A stretch of DNA of 63,964 nt, counting the filler, from an uncultured Myxococcia bacterium (GTDB lineage: Bacteria; CAZTWC01), in assembly GCA_964617105.1 (NCBI GenBank). It is 11 parts of 11 records of this genome, joined end to end, with 100 filler letters (N's around TTAATTAATTAA, not from the genome) between each part and the next. Parts side by side here need not be neighbours in the genome. Positions count along the whole stretch, not along the records: positions 1 to 6,086 come from CAZTWC010000237.1; positions 6,187 to 12,218 come from CAZTWC010000238.1; 9 more parts are not named here. One strand, 5' to 3'. Both the position numbers and the translations under genes were made by a program. This document shows positions 1 through 10,722 of the stretch, piece after piece. The notes beneath the pieces were generated by a model. The model was not told where the DNA came from. It saw nothing but the letters and a program-made list of their open reading frames with translations, and made no database searches. Every line of letters begins with the position of its first letter. Within the stretch, counting starts at the first letter, position 1.

Positions 1-782
1 ATTGAAATTTTGCGCATATACAGATCTTTCATATCGTACTGCTGGCTAGGAAGTTCGTAATAGATCCCCTCAAATCCTTTGTATATTTTCGGCACCATAA
101 TCTGGCAATTAACTCCTTCATCACCAAGAAGAATCATGGCATTGCCAAAAATTACATTGCTTATTTCTGCCAGAGCGTCAATCATCAAAATTATCTTGTC
201 TTCCTGTCCAAGCTCTTTTCCCCAGGCCCGTAAGGTAATCTCTTCCGCCAAATTCTGGGGATAGGAGATGATACACTCACAATCAAGATCGCCGGTAAAT
301 CTGGTTAGAACAGATAGATACTGGGATAAGCATTTTCTATCATCGTTGCTATACATCTCTTGAATATCTAATTTAGCCACCTCGGAAAATTTATCTTTAA
401 ACAGTTCGAAAAGAATATTGGCATATTTCTCTTTCTCGGAGACGGTAATTATGGTTTCAAAAACATTTTCGGATAAAGCGTAACTGGAGCAATACTCTTC
501 AAGCAGATCTTTTAGGTCGCTTCGTATTAAAAAACCCTGGGAGACCATGGATTCGCTCAAACAGAGAACATCTTTATCCTTTTTGGAAAGTTCAGAGTTC
601 GATGTTTTTTGAGTAGATGGCTGTTCTATTGAAGTAATGACTGAATAGATATCAATTATTTCCTGATCGTCCAGTTCTAAGGTTATATGGGGAGCCATCT
701 CAATAGCCGTGAGGAGATTTTCTGGCGAAATCACCTCTTTTTCTAAAAGATATATCCCAAATAAATTATTATCTATGCTCAT
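1..782 (-). CDS. cheX: Long-form CheX/CheC-family chemotaxis phosphatase with an N-terminal MshEN-like segment (3' end runs off the window; missing from the ORF track)
   Basis: Manual translation from ATG at 782 is open to base 1: MSIDNNLFGIYLLEKEVISPENLL...RFTGDLDCECIISYPQNLAEEI...IDALAEISNVIFGNA...CQIMVPKI. It has the CheC/CheX DAxxExxN catalytic motif, the preceding FTGD strand and the downstream P. Confidence 0.7.
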   Translation of the reverse strand, partial: MSIDNNLFGIYLLEKEVISPENLLTAIEMAPHITLELDDQEIIDIYSVITSIEQPSTQKTSNSELSKKDKDVLCLSESMVSQGFLIRSDLKDLLEEYCSSYALSENVFETIITVSEKEKYANILFELFKDKFSEVAKLDIQEMYSNDDRKCLSQYLSVLTRFTGDLDCECIISYPQNLAEEITLRAWGKELGQEDKIILMIDALAEISNVIFGNAMILLGDEGVNCQIMVPKIYKGFEGIYYELPSQQYDMKDLYMRKIS

Positions 783-823
783 ACTGGAATTCCCAAACTT
801 GTTTCCAATTCTGAATGTTAATT

Positions 824-1039
824 TTAAGATATATCTTTATTACTGTCAATGGCTTTTTGATGTTGTGATAAATTGTTTAATAATTTCTGTAAGATGTTAA
901 TTTTTTTTTCTATTTTGTCTTTATGGCTGGAGGGAAGATTTTTTAATGATTTTAATATTTTTTTTGCACGCTTTGAGTACCCCTGACGCAGAAAAATTTC
1001 TGCCATGGTATAAGTGTTAAAAGGATCCTTTTGGGGCAT
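824..1039 (-). CDS. Small basic protein with a single TPR-like motif
   Basis: TYTMAEIFLRQGYSKRAKKIL resembles the TxTxAExYxxQG TPR motif common in deltaproteobacterial proteins; co-oriented with the CheX-like gene, with a promoter-like sequence upstream. Confidence 0.5.
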   Translation of the reverse strand: MPQKDPFNTYTMAEIFLRQGYSKRAKKILKSLKNLPSSHKDKIEKKINILQKLLNNLSQHQKAIDSNKDIS

Positions 1040-1090
1040 GACTATAAGTGAATTTCCTTTGGGAAATATTATAACTTTTCTATAGTCTTA

Positions 1091-1119
1091 ATGATAACTT
1101 AAATCAATATGGCAGTCAA
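1091..1119 (-). promoter_or_regulatory. Candidate sigma70 promoter for the TPR/cheX-like genes
   Basis: Minus strand reads TTGACT-N17-TATCAT. Confidence 0.45.
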
Positions 1120-1138
1120 GTTTATTGACAATTTTATC

Positions 1139-1166
1139 TTGACTTTATTTTATATTTAACTATGGT
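1139..1166 (+). promoter_or_regulatory. Candidate sigma70 promoter for lysS, back-to-back with the divergent promoter
   Basis: TTGACT-N16-TATGGT; a TTGACA also lies at 1125-1130. The two -35 boxes form the inverted repeat AGTCAAG-N17-CTTGACT. Confidence 0.3.
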
Positions 1167-1262
1167 TTCAATGAATAAACTATCCGGAAATTAACTTCGT
1201 TGCGAAAATTGCCTCGAACCTGCCGGACACTTATTAAAAATTTACACCTTAAGGAAATAATA

Positions 1263-2735
1263 ATGGATGCACTGGAGCAATTAAGAACAAACCGTATCGA
1301 AAAGGCGGAGAAATTAAGAGAGATGGGCAATAACCCTTTTGGCAACGATTTTATAGTCAAAAATACTATTGACCAATTGATTGCCAAGGGAGAAAACCTA
1401 AATGAGGAGGAGCTGGAAAAACTGGATCAGAATTTTCAGGTAGCCGGTCGGGTGATAGCTATCCGCCGATTTGGAAAAGCGGGTTTTATTAAAATACGGG
1501 ACCGGAAAGCGGAGATACAAGTCTATGTGGCTAAGAACCTATTGGGAGACAACTTTCAATGCTACAAATTAACCGATGTAGGAGATCATGTGGGCGTTTC
1601 CGGTTCCCTGTTCAGAACCAGAACCGGCGAACTGACCATTTTGCCCAGCCAATACCAATTGGTAACTAAGTCCTTTCTGCCCTTGCCGGAAAAATGGCAC
1701 GGATTGACCGATATCGAAACCAGGTACCGACAGAGATATGTTGACCTTATTGCCAATCCCCAAATAAAAGATAACTTTATCGCCAGAGCCAAGGCGATAA
1801 ACTATATAAGAAGGTTCCTTGAATCACAAGATTTTCTGGAAGTAGAAACCCCAATGATGCACTCGTTGGCCAGCGGCGCCACAGCGAAACCCTTTTCCAC
1901 TCATCACAACGCTTTAGATATGGACCTCTATTTACGAGTGGCGCCAGAGCTCTTTTTAAAGAGACTTGTGGTAGGTGGTTTGGAAAGGGTCTTTGAAATA
2001 AATAAAAATTTTCGCAACGAAGGTATATCCTCCCAGCATAACCCTGAATTTACCATGCTGGAGTTTTACATGGCCTATGCCACCTACCAGGATCTGATGC
2101 TATTTACCGAAACCATGATCTCCGACCTGGTTAAGGAGTTGCGAGGAGATAGTAAAATTACCTACCTGGGGCAAGAGATAGATTTCACCCCGCCCTGGCA
2201 ACGCCTCAGCCTGTTGGATGCCATTGAAAAATATGCTGGTATCTCCAAAGATCAATGCTCTGACAAAGAAGCATTGCTCAACAAATTTAAAGAGTTGCAA
2301 GTAGAAATTGACCCCCAAACCGACCTGGGAAAACTACAGATGGAGTTATTTGAGTTAACTACAGAAGAAAAATTAGTAGGGCCAGTTTTTATCACCGATT
2401 TTCCTATTGCAGTATCGCCTTTGTCCCGTAAAAAAGATGATAACCCCGATTTTGTCGACCGGTTTGAGCTTTACATCTCCGGCATGGAAATAGCCAACGC
2501 TTTTAGCGAGTTAAACGATCCTTTAGACCAAAAAGAGCGATTTGAGAAGCAAATGGAATTAAAAGCCGGTGGTGATGAAGAAGCCATGGACTATGATGCT
2601 GATTATATCCGGGCTCTGGAATATGGTATGCCACCTACTGCCGGCGAAGGGATTGGCATTGATCGGCTGGTTATGATCCTGACCGACTCACAAAATATCC
2701 GGGAAGTGATCCTCTTCCCATTATTAAAGAATGTG
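1263..2735 (+). CDS. lysS: Lysine--tRNA ligase, class II (stop codon lies in the N gap)
   Basis: OB-fold, RYRQRYVDL, motif 2 FRNEGIS..HNPEF, motif 3 GMPPTAGEGIGIDRL, VILFP C-terminus; ATG at 1263 follows AAGGA. Confidence 0.97.
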
Positions 2736-2783
2736 NNNNNNNNNNNNNNNNNNNNNNNNNNNNNNNNNNNNNNNNNNNNNNNN
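2736..2783. other. Intra-contig scaffold gap of 48 N; further 10-N gaps at 18645-18654 and 32811-32820
   Basis: N runs lacking the TTAATTAATTAA linker. Confidence 0.9.
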
Positions 2784-2821
2784 CGATTACCTAATTTTGA
2801 TTTTAAGGATCTATTTGAGCA

Positions 2822-4114
2822 ATGGCCTATGAATATTTTATTGCCAAACGTTACTTGAGATCGAAAAAAAAGAACCTGTTTATCTCCCTCATCACTATGA
2901 TCTCCATTGGCGGCGTAATCCTTGGAGTAACAGCTTTAATTGTGGTTTTGAGCGTAATGAGTGGTTTTGAGCAGGATCTAACCGAAAAAATTCTAGCCAC
3001 CAATGCTCATGGCACTATTAGTAAACTGGAAGGTGATCTGGGACACTATAACCAAATTACAGACAAGATAACCGGCGAACACCAGGTGATTAGCGCTACT
3101 CCTTATATTATAAACGAAGTCATGGCCAGATCTGCCGATAATTATTCGGGTATACTGTTAAAAGGGATAGATGTCAATACTGCCGGAAAAGTGACCCAAA
3201 TCGCCAATAACCTGGAAAAAGGGGATTTGACCTTTATAAAATCCAGACCAGCCTTTTATTCCTTTTTAGAAAAAAGGGTTAACAAAGAGGGAGGAGTACT
3301 GGGACTAACTCCTTATAAACGGCTCCCGGGAATTATTTTGGGTCGTGAGTTGACCAGGAGTTTACGTCTCCAAATCGGAGATCCACTTACCATTACGGCA
3401 CCCCTGGGAGATATAGGCCCCTTTGGTCCTCTGCCCAAGAGCAGGAGATTCAGGGTGGCGGGTATTTTCTATTCAGGAATGTACGAATACGATTCCCGGC
3501 TTGCCTATATCGGCCTTAACGAGGCTCAGAGTTTTTTCAGTATGGGCAAGAAGGTGAGCAATATCGAATTTAAGGTCAGGGATATCTATATGGTGGAAAA
3601 ATTGATTCCCCGGCTTCTTTCATATTTCAAAAACCATAATTTGGTAATAAAAGGTTGGATGGAATTAAACCAAAATCTACTTGATGCCCTTAAGTTGGAA
3701 AAGCGGGTGATGTTCCTGATTCTCATATTTATTGTGCTGGTGGCTTCTTTTAATATTATTAGTACGCTGACCATGACGGTGATGGCAAAGACCAGAGAGA
3801 TATCCATATTAAAATCAATGGGGGCTGATGATGACGGAATTATGCGCCTGTTTATGTATAAAGGGTTAATAATTGGAGTGCTGGGAACCATAATAGGGAT
3901 CACTCTGGGGCTTATTCTTTGTTTTATTATCAACAAATATGGAATAAAAATGGACCCAGAAGTGTATTATATTAATAAACTGCCGGTGCAAATAAATCTG
4001 GGCGAGGTGTTACTGGTTTCGGTTTTCGCCATAGTAATCAGTCTGCTCGCCACGCTTTTTCCCGCCCTGCGCGCTGCCAGGGTGAATCCGGTGGAAGGTT
4101 TGAGGAATGAATGA
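2822..4114 (+). CDS. lolE: Lipoprotein-releasing ABC transporter permease (LolC/E type)
   Basis: FIAKRYLRSKKK...ALIVVLSVMSGF, GMYEYDS, ISILKSMGA, YYINKLP, PALRAARVNPVEGLR; followed by lolD and bamA. Confidence 0.92.
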   Translation: MAYEYFIAKRYLRSKKKNLFISLITMISIGGVILGVTALIVVLSVMSGFEQDLTEKILATNAHGTISKLEGDLGHYNQITDKITGEHQVISATPYIINEVMARSADNYSGILLKGIDVNTAGKVTQIANNLEKGDLTFIKSRPAFYSFLEKRVNKEGGVLGLTPYKRLPGIILGRELTRSLRLQIGDPLTITAPLGDIGPFGPLPKSRRFRVAGIFYSGMYEYDSRLAYIGLNEAQSFFSMGKKVSNIEFKVRDIYMVEKLIPRLLSYFKNHNLVIKGWMELNQNLLDALKLEKRVMFLILIFIVLVASFNIISTLTMTVMAKTREISILKSMGADDDGIMRLFMYKGLIIGVLGTIIGITLGLILCFIINKYGIKMDPEVYYINKLPVQINLGEVLLVSVFAIVISLLATLFPALRAARVNPVEGLRNE

Positions 4115-4784
4115 CTTGCTGGAGATCAGGGATCTTCATAAAACTTACCAAAAAAACCAACAACAAATTCAGGTTTTAAAAGGGATCAACTTAAAACTGA
4201 GTACCAGGGAGGCCATAGCTATTGTTGGCGCCTCCGGAGTTGGCAAAAGTACCCTGTTGAACCTAATAGGCGCCTTAGATACTCCATCCAAAGGGCAAAT
4301 TCTCTTTGAGGGAACCGATATAAACCAGATGAATCACCGGAATAAATCACATTTTAGAAATAAAAGCATCGGTTTCATCTTTCAATTTCATCACCTTATG
4401 CCTGAATTCACTGCTTTGGAAAACACCATGATGCCTGGATTAATAGCCGGTATGAAAAAAGATGAAATTGAATTCAAAGCTCAAGAACTCTTGCTAGATG
4501 TTGGGCTTAAAGAGCGGATGGGGCACAAACCGGGAGAATTGTCGGGCGGAGAGCAACAACGGGTGGCTCTGGCCAGAGCCATAGTTATGATGCCCTCTCT
4601 GATACTGGCCGATGAACCCACTGGAAACCTGGATTCCAATACCGGAAAAAAAATGCACGATCTATTGCTGAATTTAAATCAAAAATATGATATGACTCTT
4701 ATCAATGTTACTCACAACCAGGAACTAGCATCCACTATGCCGAGCCAATTCCAGTTGCTCAATGGAGACTTGGTGGAAATTTGA
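4107..4784 (+). CDS. lolD: Lipoprotein-releasing ABC transporter ATPase
   Basis: [31 protein letters not shown]; overlaps lolE. Confidence 0.92.
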   Translation: MNDLLEIRDLHKTYQKNQQQIQVLKGINLKLSTREAIAIVGASGVGKSTLLNLIGALDTPSKGQILFEGTDINQMNHRNKSHFRNKSIGFIFQFHHLMPEFTALENTMMPGLIAGMKKDEIEFKAQELLLDVGLKERMGHKPGELSGGEQQRVALARAIVMMPSLILADEPTGNLDSNTGKKMHDLLLNLNQKYDMTLINVTHNQELASTMPSQFQLLNGDLVEI

Positions 4785-4804
4785 GATTTGAGAGTTGAGT
4801 TAAG

Positions 4805-6086
4805 ATGTCCAAAACGTCAATGATTTCATTTATACTACCTGCTTTTCTTTTTTTGATAAGCACTCTTTTATCTATCTCCCCTGGCAGAAATAATTTTATA
4901 TCTATTTCCACGGCCATGGCCCAATCAACGCCAACTATCTCCAGGATACTGGTGAGCGGAAACCAAAAAGTTGAGGCTGACGCCATCAAAATGGAACTCA
5001 GTCAAAAAGAGGGTGAAACCCTGGACCAAGAAAAAGTGTCTGGGGATATTAAAAAAATCTTTAATATGGGTTTCTTCAAAGATGTGCGGGTGTCGCTGCT
5101 AACTATAGACAATGGTCAAAAAATACTTACCTATATTGTAGAAGAAAAACCATCCATAAACAAAATCGAATATGTTGGTAACGATGAACTAACCGAAGAT
5201 GACATTAAAGATGTGGTGGATCTAAAGCAATTCTCTATCCTCAATATTCTTAAGTTGGAAGAAAACGTAAAAAAAATACAAACTCTATATGTGGAAAAAG
5301 GCTATTTTCTGGCCCAGGTTTCATATCAAATCCAGGATCAGACAAATAACCAGGTTGATATTAAATTTATTGTCAATGAACACGCTAAGGTAACTATCAG
5401 AAACATCCTGTTTATCGGCAATAAAAAGGTTAAAGACAATACCCTAAAAGAATTTATGCTTACTAAAGAAGGCAACCTGTTCTCTTTTTTAACCTCGGAC
5501 GGGAATTACAAAGAGGAATACTTAGCCGCTGATGTGGAGTTGATTAAGAAATATTACTATGACCACGGCTTTGTAAATATTAGAGTACAGGCGCCAAAAG
5601 TATATCTTGGTCCTGATAAAAAACATATAACCATTACCATCTCGCTGGCCGAAGGGAAACAATACAATCTGGGTAAACTCGATTTTTCCGGCGATCTTCC
5701 TGCGAAGCATGATGTTTATACCACCCTTGACAGCCAACGAATCACCAATAAAAAAGATTTAAACTCGCTGCTGACCATAAAGAGTGAAGAACTGTTCAAT
5801 CTGAGTAAAATGAACGGTGATATTGCCCGTTTAAGTAATATTTATAGAGACCAGGGTTATGCTTATGTAACCATCACTCCTATTCACCAGGTGGAGGAGA
5901 AAAAAAATATTATCCACCTGACCTTTGATATACAAAAAGGCAAAAAGGTTTATTTTGAAAAAATCCTGGCCAAGGGAAATGATAAAACCAGGGATAAGGT
6001 TATCCGGCGGGAGTTGAGAATTTACGAAGGAGAGTTGTATTCGTCTAGCGGGCTGCAAGAAAGTAAAAGGCGAATTAATGCTTTGG
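4805..6086 (+). CDS. bamA: Outer membrane protein assembly factor BamA (POTRA domains only; truncated by contig end)
   Basis: Signal peptide, then successive POTRA repeats (GNQKV..., GFF.DV, YxxxGY, GNDKTRDKVIRREL). Confidence 0.92.
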
Positions 6087-6186
6087 NNNNNNNNNNNNNN
6101 NNNNNNNNNNNNNNNNNNNNNNNNNNNNNNTTAATTAATTAANNNNNNNNNNNNNNNNNNNNNNNNNNNNNNNNNNNNNNNNNNNN
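6087..6186. other. Artificial contig linker N44-TTAATTAATTAA-N44; identical linkers at 12219-12318, 18332-18431, 24388-24487, 30392-30491, 36379-36478, 42334-42433, 48240-48339, 54133-54232, 59997-60096
   Basis: Each is exactly 100 nt with a six-frame stop cassette; complete contigs between them fall monotonically from 6032 to 5764 nt. Confidence 0.98.
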
Positions 6187-6902
6187 TCATACATCCCCTT
6201 AAATTCTCCCATAAATTGGGCCAGGGCATTCAAGGTTTCTACACCGGTAAAGCGACTGAGTGTTTTTATAGCATAATTTGTTCCAAAATGAAATATCTTA
6301 TACCCCCATTTAGCGGAATGCAAATAGGGCATAGCCATCAGCCGGACAAAATTATTTTCCAAAAGATCAATCATCCGGTTAGGGGTATCTAGAAAGTCCA
6401 GCGCATTGGAGGTTGGGGGAGTATCCACCACTACCAGGTCATAATCGTCCCGGGAATGAACCTGGTATAATTTTTCCATAGCCATATATTCCTGGGAACC
6501 TGCCAGGGCAGTTGAAAGCCGTTGGTAAAGATGATTTTGACGAATATTTTCCCCTTGTTCAGGAGAGGTAGCATGGGTTTTTATTAATTCATCCCAGGTA
6601 TGTTTGATATTCAACATCATGGCATATAATTGCCCCCGGGGAGGTTCCATCCCGGCACTGATAAATTTTTCAACCGGGACCAACATCTCCACATTATCGA
6701 GCCGCTCCAGGTTTAGGGAATCGGCCAGTCTTTTTGCCGGGTCAATGGTCATCACCAGAACTTTTTTCCCTTTTTGAGCATAATAGGTTCCAATAGCGGC
6801 GGATATGGAAGTTTTGCCTACACCTCCTCCACCGAGACAGACAATAACTCGCTTGGATGCCAAGGCGGCAGACAAATTATTTGTTTTAAAATCTGGGCTC
6901 AT
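6187..6902 (-). CDS. ArsA/Get3-family ATPase, second of a pair (C-terminus truncated)
   Basis: GGGGVGKTS P-loop, TIDPAKRLADSL, GSQEYMAMEKL, VVDTPPT. Confidence 0.85.
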
Positions 6903-7867
6903 AATAGTTGTATATTGTTTTCTATAGTATGGCTGATGGTGCGGATGGTCTCAAAATTAAATTTATCAGTAAACAAATATGGAATCTGGAAGAACGGCAG
7001 ATCCATCTGTTCTTTTAGTTGTCCAAGGTAATGACGCTCCAATTGGGTTCGACTTTGGTAGATAGAAGCAGTTTTAAACAGGGTTTCAAGAGATGGGATT
7101 TCCCGATATTTTTCTGAAGAGTGTATCTTTTCCAATTCATTAACCTGCTTCATCTCCTGATCTGAAAAAAAGGTTGGTTGAAGTATATTGTTAATAAACA
7201 AACCGCCCACGGAAATATTGAGGTAATCCCTGGCGGATTGAAAGATCTCTTTAGCCTCATTTACCGGCATCTCTTCCAAATGGGTTACTATGTGTAATTG
7301 TGTGGTTTCATGGTCAGTAAGTAGATCTCTGACATGTTGAGCATGCTTAAAAAATTGACCACCCGGTACCGCTTTGCATAACTCTGAAGATACCGCTAAA
7401 AAGGAAATTCCGTGCCCGGTTGAAGGACAATCCACAATAATTCGGTCAAATCGGGGGCTGCCGGTTTCCTCATCCTGTTCCTGTTCATGGTGTTTGAGTT
7501 TTCCTTGCATCACCAGTTCGCCCAGGGCGGGAATGGCCTGAAGAAAATATTTGATCAGCCGGTTTTCAAATACAGCCTCGTAAATTAGGCGATATTTAAG
7601 GTGGTAAATTACTAATTCTCTAATAGTGTCAGACGGATTCATATTAACTGCAAAAATGTTGGGAAAAATTTCTTTGATCTCTGAACCAACGCTGGTTGAA
7701 CCAAAAAAGTAGCTCATCCGCTCGTTGGCATTGACTTCAGCTACCAGAACTTTCTTGCCTTTCATGGCAGCACTGTAGGCCAGGGCGGCAGTAATAGTAC
7801 TTTTCCCAACTCCACCTTTACCCATTACCAGGGTAAATCGTTTTTTTAGAGGATCGTATCTGGCCAT
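6899..7867 (-). CDS. ArsA/Get3-family ATPase, first of a pair
   Basis: GKGGVGKST, IPALGEL, IVDCPSTGHG, EEMPVNE; 4-nt overlap with its partner. Confidence 0.85.
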   Translation of the reverse strand: MARYDPLKKRFTLVMGKGGVGKSTITAALAYSAAMKGKKVLVAEVNANERMSYFFGSTSVGSEIKEIFPNIFAVNMNPSDTIRELVIYHLKYRLIYEAVFENRLIKYFLQAIPALGELVMQGKLKHHEQEQDEETGSPRFDRIIVDCPSTGHGISFLAVSSELCKAVPGGQFFKHAQHVRDLLTDHETTQLHIVTHLEEMPVNEAKEIFQSARDYLNISVGGLFINNILQPTFFSDQEMKQVNELEKIHSSEKYREIPSLETLFKTASIYQSRTQLERHYLGQLKEQMDLPFFQIPYLFTDKFNFETIRTISHTIENNIQLL

Positions 7868-8190
7868 TACGTTCTCTTTTGGTTTATAATTTCCGGAAAA
7901 AATCCAGAGAACTTTTCTTTGGTCATATCTTTTAACCGCACCACTTTTAATCTGGATCTATGGCCTTTGATTATTTCAATTCTGGTTTTCCCGATTTTCA
8001 ACAGAATGGCCAAAAATTTAATTAGCGCTTTGTTTGCCTCTCCTTCCACCGGAGGGGCGGTTAACTTGATCTTTAGAGCATTGATATTAGAATCGCTATG
8101 AATCCCGATGATTTTGTCGGCAGCACTACCAGGCTTAACAAAAACATTAATAAAAAGGTCATCAGTTTTTTGGGTATAAAAAGTTCTCAT
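7867..8190 (-). CDS. yggU: DUF167/YggU family protein
   Basis: VKPGS...LKIKLTAPPVEGEANKAL...GHRSRLK. Confidence 0.9.
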   Translation of the reverse strand: MRTFYTQKTDDLFINVFVKPGSAADKIIGIHSDSNINALKIKLTAPPVEGEANKALIKFLAILLKIGKTRIEIIKGHRSRLKVVRLKDMTKEKFSGFFPEIINQKRT

Positions 8191-8242
8191 CAGATTCGAA
8201 TTTATTCTCCAAAGGGGAAATAGAATCTCCCAATCCGAAGTG

Positions 8243-8746
8243 TTACTTTTGGACTTTGATGCTGGTAATACTATCTTCCAGAGGAGGTTCCTCTTCTTCT
8301 CTTTCTGTAATGGCGGAAAGTAAATTTTGGTGGAAGTTGATAATCCCCCTTACCTCATCTTCAAATCTGTTTCGTTGCCACTTAAGTTGGCGAATATCAT
8401 CCATAATTTCGGTAAACCGCTGATAGGCGTCCTGGACAATTTTTTCTCCGCTAATCTCAGCCTCAGCAATTATGGCGCCAGCCTTTTTGTTGGCGGTTTT
8501 TTCTATATCTTTAGACATTTTTTGGGCTGCCACCAGGGCGTCACGTAAACAGTCCTCCTGTTGCCGGGCTCTATCCAATTCTGCTTCTAATTTACGGATT
8601 TGGTCATCTTTTTCTTTATTATCTCGGTTAAGACTGGTTACCTGGCTGGCCACCCTGGCTAAAAAGGAGCGTACCATCTGAGGGTTATAGCCTTTCCAGG
8701 CATTACTGAACTCAGCCTGCTCGATCTCAATTGGAGTTAAATTCAT
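8243..8746 (-). CDS. divIVA: DivIVA-domain protein
   Basis: MNLTPIEIEQAEFSNAWKGYNPQMVRSFL followed by coiled coil; ATG at 8746 preceded by AGGAGG. Confidence 0.88.
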   Translation of the reverse strand: MNLTPIEIEQAEFSNAWKGYNPQMVRSFLARVASQVTSLNRDNKEKDDQIRKLEAELDRARQQEDCLRDALVAAQKMSKDIEKTANKKAGAIIAEAEISGEKIVQDAYQRFTEIMDDIRQLKWQRNRFEDEVRGIINFHQNLLSAITEREEEEPPLEDSITSIKVQK

Positions 8747-8768
8747 AAAACAATTCCTCCTGAATAAT

Positions 8769-9455
8769 CTATTCTCTGGGACCAAACAATGAGGTACCTA
8801 CTCGAATTAAGGTCGCCCCTTCAGAAATTGCCACTGGAAAGTCATTGGACATTCCCATGGAAAGTTCGGGTAAAGAATACCCCAAATGAATCAAACTATC
8901 TCTCAAACATCGCAATTGGTTGAAAAAAGGCCTGACCTGTTCAGGATTTTGAAAAAATGGCGGCATGGACATCAAACCGGTAATCCTTATATTTTTCAAT
9001 TTACCAACCTCAACTATCAGGCTTTCCACTTCACTAGATAAAGTACCGGATTTTGTCTTTTCACCGGCCAGGTTTACCTGTAGCAAAATATCTATTTTAC
9101 GGCCGATAGCCTCTGCCCTTCGATTGATCTCTTTAGCCAGTTTAAATCTGTCCACGCTGTGGATAAGGGACACTTTATCAATAATATATTTTACCTTGTT
9201 GGTTTGCAAATGACCGATGAAGTGCCATTGAAAGTTATGGTCCTTTAAAAAGCGATATTTTTCCTGCATCTCCTGGACATAACTCTCACCAAAAACCCGA
9301 TGTCCCAGGGAGGCTAATTCTAAAATGTCTTCTGATTTCTTTTTTTTGCTAACCGCCACCAGGGTTATATCTTCTGGTTTTCGGCCGCAATTTTTAGCGG
9401 TTTTGGCAATAGACTCTTGGACTGCCAGGTATCTATCTTTACTCTTTTCTGCCAT
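8769..9455 (-). CDS. yggS: PLP homeostasis protein YggS/PipY
   Basis: LVAVSK, FGESYVQE, WHFIGHLQTNK, LSMGMSNDF, GATLIRVGTSLFG. Confidence 0.95.
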   Translation of the reverse strand: MAEKSKDRYLAVQESIAKTAKNCGRKPEDITLVAVSKKKKSEDILELASLGHRVFGESYVQEMQEKYRFLKDHNFQWHFIGHLQTNKVKYIIDKVSLIHSVDRFKLAKEINRRAEAIGRKIDILLQVNLAGEKTKSGTLSSEVESLIVEVGKLKNIRITGLMSMPPFFQNPEQVRPFFNQLRCLRDSLIHLGYSLPELSMGMSNDFPVAISEGATLIRVGTSLFGPRE

Positions 9456-10722
9456 ATATATCCCGAAAAGAATTTTGGATCAGATCTTTTTCCCGCCGGA
9501 TCTCTAATTGAATCTGATCTTCCAATTTTTTATCAATCTTTAGAATGGCTAGCGCCCTATTGTCTACCAGGGAAGGAGAATAGTTTACTATATTGCCGAG
9601 TTTGAGAGTATTACAAAGATTGTCACTAAGGTGAATCAATGCTACCAGGGGTGAATTTATCTGGTTACCGTCAAAGTCAAAGTGATGATTAAGAGTAGTT
9701 TCCCTCAGGTTGTCAGGGAAATTCCACTTTTGACAGCATAAAAACCCAACTTCCTGGTGATCTATACCAAGTATTTCACGCTCTATGTCAAGGAATTTAA
9801 GTTTACTTTTTTCAACTTTTTCGACAATTCGATTAAACTCAATGGGCAACACATTTTTTATAATTAACTTGCCAATATCGTGTAAAAGTCCGGCGGTAAA
9901 ACATATATCTTTAGGTAAATTAAACCTGGGAGCCAGAATTCTGGCTACACTTCCGCAAGCCCAGGAATGAAACCAGAACTTGCCAATATGAGAATTTAAG
10001 TTTTCAGCCCCAAACAGATCCATTACCGATGTAGAGATGGCCAGGTTTACAATAGGGTTAAAACCGATGAGCAGGATAGCCTGTTTAACACTTTCTACAT
10101 TACGGTTGAAACCGTAGAAAGCAGAGTTGGCTACCCGTAGAATATTAGTTGACAGAGCAATATCGCTGGCGATTACATCGGCCATTTCAACAACGGTTGA
10201 CTTTTCGTTATTGGCAATGTCAACCAGGGTATCAACAACAGTCGGTAAGGTGGTTATCTCCCTGGTATTGAAAATATATCGGGAGATACGTTGCCGCAAC
10301 TTATCTGTATCCAGTTCTATTGCACCTTGTTTGGTCTCGGTTATTTCTGTAAGTTCAGGGCTGTGGATGGCGGTTTCATCCTCTTTTTCGATGTCCCGGA
10401 TGGGTTTAAAGGATATTCCCAACCCGAAAAACCCATTTTTCAAATCAGAAAATCGTTTTACATAGGAGGGGATAATAATTTTCTCGTCATGACCGGGAAA
10501 TTTTACCTGAACAGTAAACCGATTAATTGATGGCAGGGGAGAGGTAGTAACGATATACATCCCTCCCGCAGAAATGTTGCGAATTCTACCAAAGATTACC
10601 TGTGGTTTTTCTACTCTGGATGAAGAATTCTCCTGTGAGATTTCCTCATCGTAAAAATGCATCTCAACTTCCAGGAAAGTTTCAATCCTGGTATATTGTC
10701 TATCATCTAGAGTATCGTTCAT
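9439..10722 (-). CDS. PilZ-HDOD domain protein (candidate c-di-GMP receptor)
   Basis: PilZ motifs RQYTR and NISAGG, then HDOD (TLPTV, LRVANSAFYG, FWFHS, GLLHDIGK, HQEVG..W). Confidence 0.85.
   Translation of the reverse strand: MNDTLDDRQYTRIETFLEVEMHFYDEEISQENSSSRVEKPQVIFGRIRNISAGGMYIVTTSPLPSINRFTVQVKFPGHDEKIIIPSYVKRFSDLKNGFFGLGISFKPIRDIEKEDETAIHSPELTEITETKQGAIELDTDKLRQRISRYIFNTREITTLPTVVDTLVDIANNEKSTVVEMADVIASDIALSTNILRVANSAFYGFNRNVESVKQAILLIGFNPIVNLAISTSVMDLFGAENLNSHIGKFWFHSWACGSVARILAPRFNLPKDICFTAGLLHDIGKLIIKNVLPIEFNRIVEKVEKSKLKFLDIEREILGIDHQEVGFLCCQKWNFPDNLRETTLNHHFDFDGNQINSPLVALIHLSDNLCNTLKLGNIVNYSPSLVDNRALAILKIDKKLEDQIQLEIRREKDLIQNSFRDIYGRKE

Noticed and set aside
1200..2858. 552-aa LysS ORF with N- and C-terminal extensions overlapping lolE
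   Set aside because: Artefact of an upstream TTG and read-through across the 48-N gap.
6187..7867. Arsenic resistance operon
   Set aside because: No arsB/acr3, arsC, arsD or arsR; single-domain proteins better fit the Get3/BagAB-like type.
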